NCBI GenBank assembly: GCA_022820645.1
Contig: JAJEFD010000002.1
Coordinates: 327,796 to 391,795, forward strand
Length of the DNA: 64,000 nucleotides
DNA from: Dehalococcoidia bacterium
Lineage (GTDB): Bacteria; Chloroflexota; Dehalococcoidia; Lucifugimonadales; Australimonadaceae
Direction of reading: 5' to 3'
Shown one piece after another: positions 44,885 through 52,500 of this stretch (positions are counted from its first letter, which is position 1; each line of letters opens with the position of its first letter). The notes under the pieces are model-generated. The model saw only the letters and a program-made list of their open reading frames with translations. It was not told where the DNA came from and searched no databases. The position numbers were made by a program, and so were the translations under genes.

Positions 44885-46011
44885 CGTCCCGCCAGCTCGG
44901 CTATCGCTGCGACCGCGCGCTCCACGTCGCTCTCGTTGTTGAACGCCGCCGTGCAGATCCGCACGCCTGGGGGATGCGCCACGTGACGCGCCACGATGCG
45001 ATGCGTCTCCCATAACGCCTCGACGAACGCCGGCGCCTCCCAGCCCTCGACGCTGATCACAGTGATGGCGCAGGCCGTCGGGCCGTCGGCAGGCCCGGTG
45101 ATGCTGACCCCGCCGATGCCGGACAGCTCCGCGCGCAGCGCCGACGCCAGCCTGTGGGTGTGCTCTTCGACGCGCTCGGGGCCCAACTCGCGATTGATGC
45201 GCACCGCTTCCGCGTACCCGGCCCGCTCCGCGACGCCCTGTGACGCCAGCGAGTACTGGGCCAGCCCCGACCGGAAACCCGTGCCCGACAGCCGCAGCAA
45301 CGGCTTCAGCAGCTCCCTCCGGTCGGGCCGCACGTAGAACGCGCCGCTGCCCGTCGGCCCCATCAGCCACTTCTGCCCCGACGTGGCGTAGAAGTCGACG
45401 CCCATCGCGGCGAAGTCCATCGCGATATGCCCTCCCGTCTGCGCCCCGTCCAGCAGCACCAGCGCATCAACCTCGTGCGCCGCCGCCACGATCTCCTCCG
45501 CCGGCACGCGCAGACCCGTCGTGAACATGATGTGGCTGAGCGCCGCGACCTTTACGCGTGAGTCCAGGCCGGACCGGAACGCCTCGATGCACGCGTCCGC
45601 CGAAGCGTCGGGCGGTATCGACGCGCGCCTGATCTCCACGCCGCGCTCCTCCAGCACCGCGACCGGCGAGTCGATGCCCGGATGCTCCAGGTCGGTCGTG
45701 AGCAGCACGTCGCCCGGTTGCCAGTCGAGCCCGAACAGCGCGATGGCAACGCCCTCCGACGTCCCGTGCGTGATGAGCACGTCCGCCGGGTCGACGTTGT
45801 AGAGGCCCGCAGCCTCCGTGCGCGCCTCCTCCTCCACCGCCGCCGCGAACGCCCGGCCCTCCGGACCGGCGGGCCCGCCCGCGCTTTCGCGCTCCCCGGC
45901 ATCCCGCATCCGCTCAACCACCTGCGACGGGCTCGGGCCGGCCCAGCCCGCGTTCATGTAGGTCATCGACTCCATGCAGGCGATCGAGTCACGCAGCGAA
46001 GCGAAGTCCAT
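44881..46011 (-). CDS. Class V PLP aminotransferase / cysteine desulfurase-like
   Basis: NAGWAGP, ITHGTSEG, LLDGAQTGGH, TSGQKWLMGPTGSG (PLP Lys). ATG at 46011 preferred over 46101. Confidence 0.75.
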   Translation of the reverse strand: MDFASLRDSIACMESMTYMNAGWAGPSPSQVVERMRDAGERESAGGPAGPEGRAFAAAVEEEARTEAAGLYNVDPADVLITHGTSEGVAIALFGLDWQPGDVLLTTDLEHPGIDSPVAVLEERGVEIRRASIPPDASADACIEAFRSGLDSRVKVAALSHIMFTTGLRVPAEEIVAAAHEVDALVLLDGAQTGGHIAMDFAAMGVDFYATSGQKWLMGPTGSGAFYVRPDRRELLKPLLRLSGTGFRSGLAQYSLASQGVAERAGYAEAVRINRELGPERVEEHTHRLASALRAELSGIGGVSITGPADGPTACAITVISVEGWEAPAFVEALWETHRIVARHVAHPPGVRICTAAFNNESDVERAVAAIAELAGR

Positions 46012-46061
46012 CTGATACCCCCGGTTCTGAAGTCCGTATCCGTATGCTACCCCACGCCGCC

Positions 46062-46070
46062 TGCTAGAAT
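46062..46070 (+). promoter_or_regulatory. Candidate extended -10 (TGCTAGAAT) for the GYD gene
   Basis: Part of the 15-nt repeat CCTGCTAGAATCCGC. GGGAGAG RBS and the ATG at 46100 lie downstream. Confidence 0.45.
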
Positions 46071-46099
46071 CCGCACATCCTGTCCACAGGGAGAGCGCC

Positions 46100-46462
46100 A
46101 TGGCGAACTACATCCTTCTGATGAAGCTCACACCGGAGGGACAGCACGCCGTCGTGTCGAACCCGGACTCCATCGCGGAGGCCGCCGCCGAGGTGCACGT
46201 GCCGGACGTGACCGGCCTCGGCCTCTACGCCGTGCTCGGCCCCTACGACTTCGTCAGCATCATCCAGGCGCCCGACAACGAGGCCGCGGCGCGCTACTCC
46301 ATCCAACTCGGCGTCCGTGTGGGCGTGAGCATCACCACCATGCCCGCCGTTCCCATCGCCCTCCTCCACGAGCGCGACGACCCGGACATAGACTCGCTCA
46401 TCGCAGGGCGGGAAGCGCCGATCGGCGAGATCGCCGGCCCCGACGGCCCCACCCGCGTGTGA
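46100..46462 (+). CDS. GYD-domain protein
   Basis: MANYILLMKLTPEG...GPYDFVSIIQAPD matches the GYD family pattern. Confidence 0.8.
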   Translation: MANYILLMKLTPEGQHAVVSNPDSIAEAAAEVHVPDVTGLGLYAVLGPYDFVSIIQAPDNEAAARYSIQLGVRVGVSITTMPAVPIALLHERDDPDIDSLIAGREAPIGEIAGPDGPTRV

Positions 46463-46464
46463 CC

Positions 46465-46473
46465 TGCTAGAAT
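46465..46473 (+). promoter_or_regulatory. Candidate extended -10 (TGCTAGAAT) for the amidohydrolase gene
   Basis: Second copy of CCTGCTAGAATCCGC, starting right after the GYD stop. GGGAGG RBS before the ATG at 46521. Confidence 0.45.
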
Positions 46474-46520
46474 CCGCGCACGAACCGCATATTGAGACAA
46501 CGCAAACCGGGAGGCAGCAC

Positions 46521-47624
46521 ATGACCACCACGAACCTGGAGATCATCGTAGACGGCGACGGGCACATCATGGAGGACATCCAGGCCATGGCCCAGTTCCT
46601 CCCGCCCAAGTTCCGCGACCACCCGTCGCGCAATCTCAACTCCTCCCTCTTCCCGCCCCTCGACCACCTCCACGCCGGACACTTCGTCGAGACCCCCGGA
46701 CGCCGCGACCGCAAGGGCGCCTTCGTCGGCCCGGACGGCTGGGAGGTCTTCCTCACCGACGTCGGCATCGACGCCACCGTCCTCTACCCCACCACCGCCC
46801 TCTCTTACGGCAAGATCGTCAGCCGCGACTGGGCCATCGCCACCGCGCAGGCCTACAACGACTGGCTCTACGACACCTACTGCAAGCGCGACGGTCGCTT
46901 CCACGGCGTCGGTCTCATCCCCATGCAGGAGCCCGCCGAGGCCGTGAAGGAGCTCCGCCGCTGCGTCGAGGACCTCGGTTTCGTCGGCGCGATGCTCCCC
47001 TCCTTCGGCCTGCCCGACCACCTCGGCTCGAAGCTCTACTGGCCCGTCTACGAGGAGGCCGATCGCCTCGGCTGCGCCATCGCCGTCCACGGCGGAGCGC
47101 ACAGCGGCATCGGGCTCGACCACATGAACGTCTACGCCCCCGTCCACGCGCTCGGCCACCCCGCCGGACAGGCCATCGCTCTCGCGGGCATGGTCTTCAA
47201 CGGCGTCTTCGAGCGCTTCCCCAACGCCCGCTTCGGCTTCCTGGAGGTCGGCATCGGCTGGTTCGTCATGTGCCTGGAGCGCTTCGACCGCTCCCACAGC
47301 ACCCACATGGAGTACCAGCTCCGCGACGACGACATGCTCGGCCCAAAGATCGGCGACAGCGTCCACGAGTACATCCAGCGCCAGATCGACAACGACCGCC
47401 TCTTCATCGGCTGCGAGGGCGAGGAGCCCGCGATCGCGTTCGCGGTCAGCCAGGTCGGCAACAAGCCCTTCTTCTTCTCGACCGACTTCCCCCACGAGGT
47501 CACGACCGAGACCTGCCGCCACGAGCTGCAGGAGCTCCTGGACAACCCGCAACTGACCGACGAGGACAAGGAGGCCATCCTCCACAAGAACGCCCGCCGC
47601 TTCTACCGCCTCGGTGACGCCTGA
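46521..47624 (+). CDS. Amidohydrolase-2 (ACMSD/LigW-like) family protein
   Basis: IVDGDGHIMED metal motif, AIAVHGG, FSTDFPHE. Confidence 0.7.
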   Translation: MTTTNLEIIVDGDGHIMEDIQAMAQFLPPKFRDHPSRNLNSSLFPPLDHLHAGHFVETPGRRDRKGAFVGPDGWEVFLTDVGIDATVLYPTTALSYGKIVSRDWAIATAQAYNDWLYDTYCKRDGRFHGVGLIPMQEPAEAVKELRRCVEDLGFVGAMLPSFGLPDHLGSKLYWPVYEEADRLGCAIAVHGGAHSGIGLDHMNVYAPVHALGHPAGQAIALAGMVFNGVFERFPNARFGFLEVGIGWFVMCLERFDRSHSTHMEYQLRDDDMLGPKIGDSVHEYIQRQIDNDRLFIGCEGEEPAIAFAVSQVGNKPFFFSTDFPHEVTTETCRHELQELLDNPQLTDEDKEAILHKNARRFYRLGDA

Positions 47625-47628
47625 TACC

Positions 47629-47656
47629 CGTCATTCCAGCGAAGGCTGGAATCCAG
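47629..47656 (-). repeat. H3-variant hairpin of the REP-like family (reverse orientation)
   Basis: CGTCATTCCAGCGAAGGCTGGAATCCAG. Confidence 0.75.
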
Positions 47657-47722
47657 AACGGTGCGCAACAGCGCACGCAGTACGAGGCGATACGAACTGA
47701 GTACAACGAGGTGTAGGAGAAC

Positions 47723-48997
47723 ATGATCCCAAGCCACGTCAACGAAGAACTCACGCAGGTCAGTCCGGGCACGCCGATGGGCGAACTCATGCGCCGCTAC
47801 TGGCATCCCATCGCCGCCGCCGGCGAGCTGATGGAGCGCCCCACGAAGGCGGTCCGCGTCCTCGGCGAGGACCTCGTCCTCTACAAGGACAAGTCCGGCA
47901 CCCTCGGCCTCATCGACCGCTTCTGCCCCCACCGCCGCGTTGACCTCTCCTACGGCATACCGGAGGAGAACGGCCTGCGGTGCATGTACCACGGCTGGAT
48001 GATGGACGAGACCGGCCAATGCATCGAGCAGCCCTTCGAGGAGACGGTGCACCCGGACGGGCGCTTCAAGGAGAAGGTCAAGGTCGCCGGCTACCCCGTG
48101 CAGGAGCTCGGAGGGCTCATCTTCGCCTACATGGGCCCGCAGCCCGCGCCTTTGCTGCCCCACTGGGAGCAGTTGACCTACGACGACGCGGTGCGCGACA
48201 TCGCCATCTCGCACCTGCCGTGCAACTGGCTCCAGTGCCAAGAGAACTCCGTCGACCCCGTCCACACGGAGTGGCTGCACTTCTACTTCGGCAACTACGT
48301 CCGGAACGGCGTCGCCGCCCCGCCGGAGAGCCAGCCCAAGACCATGAAGATCGCGTTCGACGCCTTCGAGTACGGCATCATCAAGCGCAGGCTGCAGCTG
48401 GGCTTCCCCGAGGACGGCGAGGACTGGGCCAAGGGCCACCCCATCATGTTCCCCAACATCCTCTTCGTCGGCGACCAGGTCCGCACCACCACGCAGTGGC
48501 GCGTGCCTATCGACGACGAGAACACCTACCACGTCTCCTACTACGTCTACCGCGCGAAGCCCGGCACCCCCGTGCCGCAGCAGGACGTCGCGGCCTACCG
48601 TTACGTGCCGCTCTACGAGCCGGACGGGCGCTTCTACACCGGCGTCACCTTCAACCAGGACTACATGTGCTGGATAACCCAGGGCGCCGTCGCCCAGCGC
48701 GACAAGGAGATGCTCGGCCAGTCCGACATCGGCCTCATCCTCTTCCGCAAGATGCTGCGCCAGCAGATGAAGGTCGTCGAGGACGGCGGCGATCCCATGA
48801 ACGTCTTCCGCGACCCCGCGAAGGCCAACCACATCGCCCTGCCGATGGAGAGCGTCAAGCACGGCATCAAGCCGGACGGGCGCTACCGCCCCGGCGAGGG
48901 CGGGGACAGCCCCATCGTCCCCATGATCGAGGAGGTGCTCCGCACCTGGGTGCCGGAAGAGGCCGCTGCCCAGCCGGCGGACCTCGGCCTCTTCTAG
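47723..48997 (+). CDS. Rieske [2Fe-2S] non-heme-iron oxygenase, alpha-subunit type
   Basis: TAGGAGA RBS. CPHRRVDLSYGIPEENGLRCMYHGW Rieske motif and ENSVDPVHTEWLH iron motif. Confidence 0.88.
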   Translation: MIPSHVNEELTQVSPGTPMGELMRRYWHPIAAAGELMERPTKAVRVLGEDLVLYKDKSGTLGLIDRFCPHRRVDLSYGIPEENGLRCMYHGWMMDETGQCIEQPFEETVHPDGRFKEKVKVAGYPVQELGGLIFAYMGPQPAPLLPHWEQLTYDDAVRDIAISHLPCNWLQCQENSVDPVHTEWLHFYFGNYVRNGVAAPPESQPKTMKIAFDAFEYGIIKRRLQLGFPEDGEDWAKGHPIMFPNILFVGDQVRTTTQWRVPIDDENTYHVSYYVYRAKPGTPVPQQDVAAYRYVPLYEPDGRFYTGVTFNQDYMCWITQGAVAQRDKEMLGQSDIGLILFRKMLRQQMKVVEDGGDPMNVFRDPAKANHIALPMESVKHGIKPDGRYRPGEGGDSPIVPMIEEVLRTWVPEEAAAQPADLGLF

Positions 48998-49038
48998 GCC
49001 TGCGCCACAAAACCTGACCGAACGCAAAGGAGGTCCCG

Positions 49039-49827
49039 ATGTCCCGAGAGATCGACGAGATCAAGTACGAAGTCGCTATGGCAACCCGCATCCTCTCCCA
49101 CATGGGCCTCGCCACCGGCGTGACCGCCGCTCTGGGGCACGTCAGCATGCGCGTCCCCAACCAGCCGGAGCTGTTCGTCGTCAAGGGCCGTGGCTACGCC
49201 ATCGACGCCCTGGAGGAGATGCAGTACTACGACATGATCGTCTGCAACCTGGACGGCTACAAGGTGGACGGCCCTGCCCGCTCCACCCAGTGCTCCGAGG
49301 TCAAGATCCACTCGTCCATCATGAAGGCGCGCCCGGACGTGAACTCCGTCGTCCACGTGCACCCGCGCAACGTCGTCCTCATGACCGTCCTCGAAGAGCC
49401 GATCGTGCCGATGGCGCAGGAGGGCGCGCAGATGGTCATGGAGCAGCCCCACCCCATCTACCCGCACACCAAGACCGTCTGGAGCCACGAGGAAGGCCTC
49501 GAACTCGCCGAGTGCCTCGGCGACCACAAGTTCGTCCTCATGAAGGGCCACGGCGCCTCGATGACCGGCAAGGACCCCCAGGACTCCGTCGTCAGCATGC
49601 TCCAGCTGGAGGAGCAGGCGCGCATGAACTACTGGGGCCTCGTCGCCAAGGGCTCCGACCACCCCTACCTCTCCGACGAGCTCGTCATGGAATCGGTGAA
49701 CCGTCCGCCGCAGCACGAGTACCCGCACTTCAAGGAGCTCATGCGCAGCATCGGCGGCAACCCCCCGCGCGACGGCGTCTGGAACTCCTACAAGAAGAAG
49801 GTCTCCGGCGACATGATCGCTCCGTAA
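49039..49827 (+). CDS. Class II aldolase/adducin family protein
   Basis: AAAGGAGG RBS. SEVKIHSSI and VVHVHP motifs. Confidence 0.8.
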   Translation: MSREIDEIKYEVAMATRILSHMGLATGVTAALGHVSMRVPNQPELFVVKGRGYAIDALEEMQYYDMIVCNLDGYKVDGPARSTQCSEVKIHSSIMKARPDVNSVVHVHPRNVVLMTVLEEPIVPMAQEGAQMVMEQPHPIYPHTKTVWSHEEGLELAECLGDHKFVLMKGHGASMTGKDPQDSVVSMLQLEEQARMNYWGLVAKGSDHPYLSDELVMESVNRPPQHEYPHFKELMRSIGGNPPRDGVWNSYKKKVSGDMIAP

Positions 49828-49835
49828 ACCGCCTT

Positions 49836-49922
49836 CCGTCATTCCCGCGGAGGCGGGAATCTCGCAGCTCCCCTCTCCCTTGAGGGGAGAGGGCACGCTG
49901 AAAGCGCGGGTGAGGGTGAACC
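49836..49922 (-). repeat. Composite REP-like element (D-H1-H2-H3), third full copy, reverse orientation
   Basis: The reverse complement reads GGTTCACCCTCACCC, CGCGCT..AGCGTG, CCTCTCCC..GGGAGAGG, ATTCCCGC..GCGGGAAT, GACGG. Confidence 0.85.
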
Positions 49923-49926
49923 TTTG

Positions 49927-49955
49927 GGGGCGGCCAACTGGCCGCCCCTTTCGTT
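49927..49955 (+). terminator. Intrinsic terminator candidate (GGGGCGGCC-AACT-GGCCGCCCC then TTTCGTT)
   Basis: 9-bp GC stem, 4-nt loop and a T-rich tail, downstream of the aldolase gene. Confidence 0.6.
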
Positions 49956-50047
49956 ATTCCCGCGTCACAAGAAGTTATAGAGAATCCGGCAAAAAGTAAC
50001 ACATAAGTCACATATGTTCGGATAGAGTCACAACCAGGGGGCGCCTG

Positions 50048-50779
50048 GTGCGATTCACAGCCAGAACCAGAACCGCAGCCATCGCGGGCGCTATCGTGCT
50101 CGCGGTGCTCATCGGGGCCGCATTCGCGGTATCCGACGGCGGCACAGATGTCCGGTCGCAGGAGGCGGCGATCCCGGACCCGCCAGACTGGCCGCCGTTC
50201 GTCGCGATCATCGAGGTGGATGGAGCCGAGCTTCATACACTGGATGGCGAAGTCAAAGTCAGCAGGGAGACCCGAAGACTCGTTTGGAACGCCGACGATG
50301 ACTGGAAGGCCACGACGATAGCGGCTACCCCACTCGTCAGCACATGGCCTGACGGCACTACCACCACACGCGATTACACGGGCTCCTACCAGGAGCAGAA
50401 AGGCCGGACGTTCACGATCTACGATGCTCATTGGGATTCCACGCGCGTCGAAGAGCTCGGCGACAACCACTACATGGTGCCGTTCGGCCTCTTCAACCCG
50501 GAGCACCTGCGCAACCTCGGTATAGTTGGCCGCACCGACGGGGACATCGTCTTCCTCGACGTGTATGTCTGCGATGGCGCGGACTGCACCCCGCCGGAAG
50601 AAGGCGCGAGCGGCCACACCGCAGAAGGTGTGCTGTTCGACGAGTACGACATCATCTTCACGAACGACGAGCTGCTGATCCCGCTGGAGGCCGGGGACCT
50701 CCGAGTCACGAGCCTGCGCACGAATCCCCCTGGCCGCGGGTCTGCATCATGCCATTCCCCAACCACAGACGTGTGCTGA
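50048..50779 (+). CDS. Hypothetical secreted/anchored protein, paralogue 1
   Basis: GTG start and an N-terminal hydrophobic helix. Shares WPPF, DDW.AT.I, TGSY...KGRT.T, RTDG, C.G..C and IIFTND...IP blocks with the next gene. Lower GC than its surroundings. Confidence 0.55.
   Translation: MRFTARTRTAAIAGAIVLAVLIGAAFAVSDGGTDVRSQEAAIPDPPDWPPFVAIIEVDGAELHTLDGEVKVSRETRRLVWNADDDWKATTIAATPLVSTWPDGTTTTRDYTGSYQEQKGRTFTIYDAHWDSTRVEELGDNHYMVPFGLFNPEHLRNLGIVGRTDGDIVFLDVYVCDGADCTPPEEGASGHTAEGVLFDEYDIIFTNDELLIPLEAGDLRVTSLRTNPPGRGSASCHSPTTDVC
50745..50766. repeat. 22-nt direct repeat CATC(A/G)TGCCATTCCCCAACCAC, copy 1
   Basis: Second copy at 51985..52006, with one mismatch. Confidence 0.8.
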
Positions 50780-50842
50780 TACGGAGGAGGCCCAGCCATA
50801 CTGACGCTTACGAAACCCAGACTCATAGTCGCGTCCGTCGTC

Positions 50843-51973
50843 GTGCTTGCACTGGCGCTTGCCGGATACGGCCTGACGATGACCACCCTGGGACGGGACG
50901 ATCCGATAGAGAATTGCCCGGAGGGCGAGACGTGTCTCCGGTTACACGAGTGGCCGCCGTTCACGGCTGTCTACAAGGCGTACGCGGACTCAAGCATAGG
51001 GGTCTACAACGAAACCTACCGGCCTTACGTCACGTACCGGCTGGAGTGGCGCGCAGTAGATGATTGGACTGCCACTATCATCGATGGCGACCGCTATGAA
51101 GTCGCGGACGGTATCGTGTTCGACCTGACGGGTTCGTACGAGCAGGTCAAGGGCAGAACCTACACGAGGTTCAGCGCGTTCCCGCCAAGGCCGAACCCGC
51201 AGCCTGAAGTCGAGACGCTGGACAAGGGTGGCTACGTTCCGCCACCCGGCGGGGTCTTCTACCAGAAGTGGATATCTGGTCACGACCTCGATACCCGTAC
51301 CGACGGCGAGACTGTAGGGATTTCGGCGGACATCTGCACCGGCGACGCGTGCCACGAGGCTGGCGGCGCTGTGGGGTCCACCGGCGCAACGGGCTTGAAG
51401 TTCAGCGATGAGGAAATCGCGAACATCATTTTCACGAACGACGCCATACGGATCCCCGTTAAGCGGATGGGTACACGGGCGAACCCGGAGGTCGAGGTGT
51501 TGGAGTTGCAGGTGTACCCCACGGAGCCGGACTCGGGGGCGTGCCAGACGAATCTCCGCAGGGTGTTCATGTCGGACGAGTTGGATTCCCAAGAGTGGGA
51601 TTCTGAGTGCTCGTCCGGGAACCGCACGGGCGCGAACGCGCACTACTACACATTCAGCATCGACAGCCCGCAGGACTTCACTATCCGAGCGGCCTCTGAG
51701 AACGACGACCTCTACTTGTACCTGCTGTCTGGAGCTTCGAAGACTGGTTCTGTGCTGGATCAGAACGACAACGCTCCGACAAGCTCGTCGTCCGGCGCGT
51801 CCGGCGCGAGCAGTCACCATGAGTCTGACATCACGCGCCGACTCGAGCCCGGAACCTACACGTTAGAGGTGACTACGAATGCGCTGGCGCACTCGTCAGG
51901 CTCGTTCGCGGTGAGTCTGCAAGGCGAGCCGCCGGCTCCGACTGCGATACCTACCCCCACACCCACACCCTAG
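50843..51973 (+). CDS. Hypothetical secreted protein, paralogue 2, with C-terminal pre-peptidase (PPC)-like domain and Thr/Pro tail
   Basis: Conserved blocks shared with paralogue 1. C-terminal AHYYTFSIDSPQDFTIRAASENDDLYLYLL...LEPGTYTLEVTT resembles a PPC domain. The real start may lie upstream (see findings). Confidence 0.55.
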   Translation: MLALALAGYGLTMTTLGRDDPIENCPEGETCLRLHEWPPFTAVYKAYADSSIGVYNETYRPYVTYRLEWRAVDDWTATIIDGDRYEVADGIVFDLTGSYEQVKGRTYTRFSAFPPRPNPQPEVETLDKGGYVPPPGGVFYQKWISGHDLDTRTDGETVGISADICTGDACHEAGGAVGSTGATGLKFSDEEIANIIFTNDAIRIPVKRMGTRANPEVEVLELQVYPTEPDSGACQTNLRRVFMSDELDSQEWDSECSSGNRTGANAHYYTFSIDSPQDFTIRAASENDDLYLYLLSGASKTGSVLDQNDNAPTSSSSGASGASSHHESDITRRLEPGTYTLEVTTNALAHSSGSFAVSLQGEPPAPTAIPTPTPTP

Positions 51974-51984
51974 CCGCCGGGCTC

Positions 51985-52006
51985 CATCGTGCCATTCCCC
52001 AACCAC
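51985..52006. repeat. 22-nt direct repeat, copy 2
   Basis: CATCGTGCCATTCCCCAACCAC, 12 nt after the stop of paralogue 2. Confidence 0.8.
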
Positions 52007-52351
52007 GTACCCCACCGGCCACGCCGGAGACGGGGACGGGGACCGACCCGACTCTGACACGCCCCCATTGCGCCGAGGGCGCCCGACTCCCTACCATGAT
52101 TTTGTAGCGACGCCCCCGCGCGGTAAGGGCCGGTGAGGGAGTGGCATGGTGGCCCGGAATGGGCCGGAAAGAGCCGTAGATGACCCATAAAGAGCTGCGG
52201 ATGGCCCCTGATCGGGCTGTCGAACAGCCCACCGGAACGCCGCATCTACGAACGGAAATGAGAGGATGAGCCGAAATGGACCGCTATTCCCCCCGGAACG
52301 TTCCCCGGCACGGCGCCGGCGCTGCCCCCATAGCGCCCTCTTGCCAGCGTG

Positions 52352-52360
52352 TGCTATACT
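52352..52360 (+). promoter_or_regulatory. Candidate extended -10 (TGCTATACT) for the sulfite/nitrite reductase gene
   Basis: Same TGCTAnAnT pattern. Implies a 5' UTR of roughly 130-140 nt. Confidence 0.4.
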
Positions 52361-52445
52361 GCCCCGCGAGATGAACATCGCCGTCACGATGTGCGCTTGT
52401 TGTTGTCGACCGTAGGGCCGACAGTTCTCGCACGCCGTAAAAACT

Positions 52446-52476
52446 GCGCCCTTCTCAGCAACCCGGAGAAGGGCGC
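52446..52476. promoter_or_regulatory. 11-bp perfect stem-loop GCGCCCTTCTC-N9-GAGAAGGGCGC, 24 nt before the reductase ATG
   Basis: Read from the sequence. On the minus strand it is followed by AGTTTTTAC, giving a terminator-like shape. On the plus strand no T-run follows. Confidence 0.5.
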
Positions 52477-52500
52477 ACTGCTATGTAAGAGGAGAATCAG

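Noticed and set aside
52007-52350. A known structured RNA gene (tmRNA, RNase P RNA, SRP/4.5S RNA, 6S RNA) or a 30-codon ORF (MTHKELRMAPDR...) in the ORF-free stretch
   Set aside because: None of the diagnostic motifs I looked for are present (tmRNA tRNA-like ends, the RNase P GGAAAGTCCGG region, the SRP GGAA/AGCA domain IV). The mini-ORF has no support beyond a weak SD.
52446-52476. Calling the stem-loop a plus-strand intrinsic terminator
   Set aside because: On the plus strand no T-tract follows, and the nearest upstream plus-strand gene ends about 470 nt away. The T-tract exists only on the minus strand, where no gene needs terminating.
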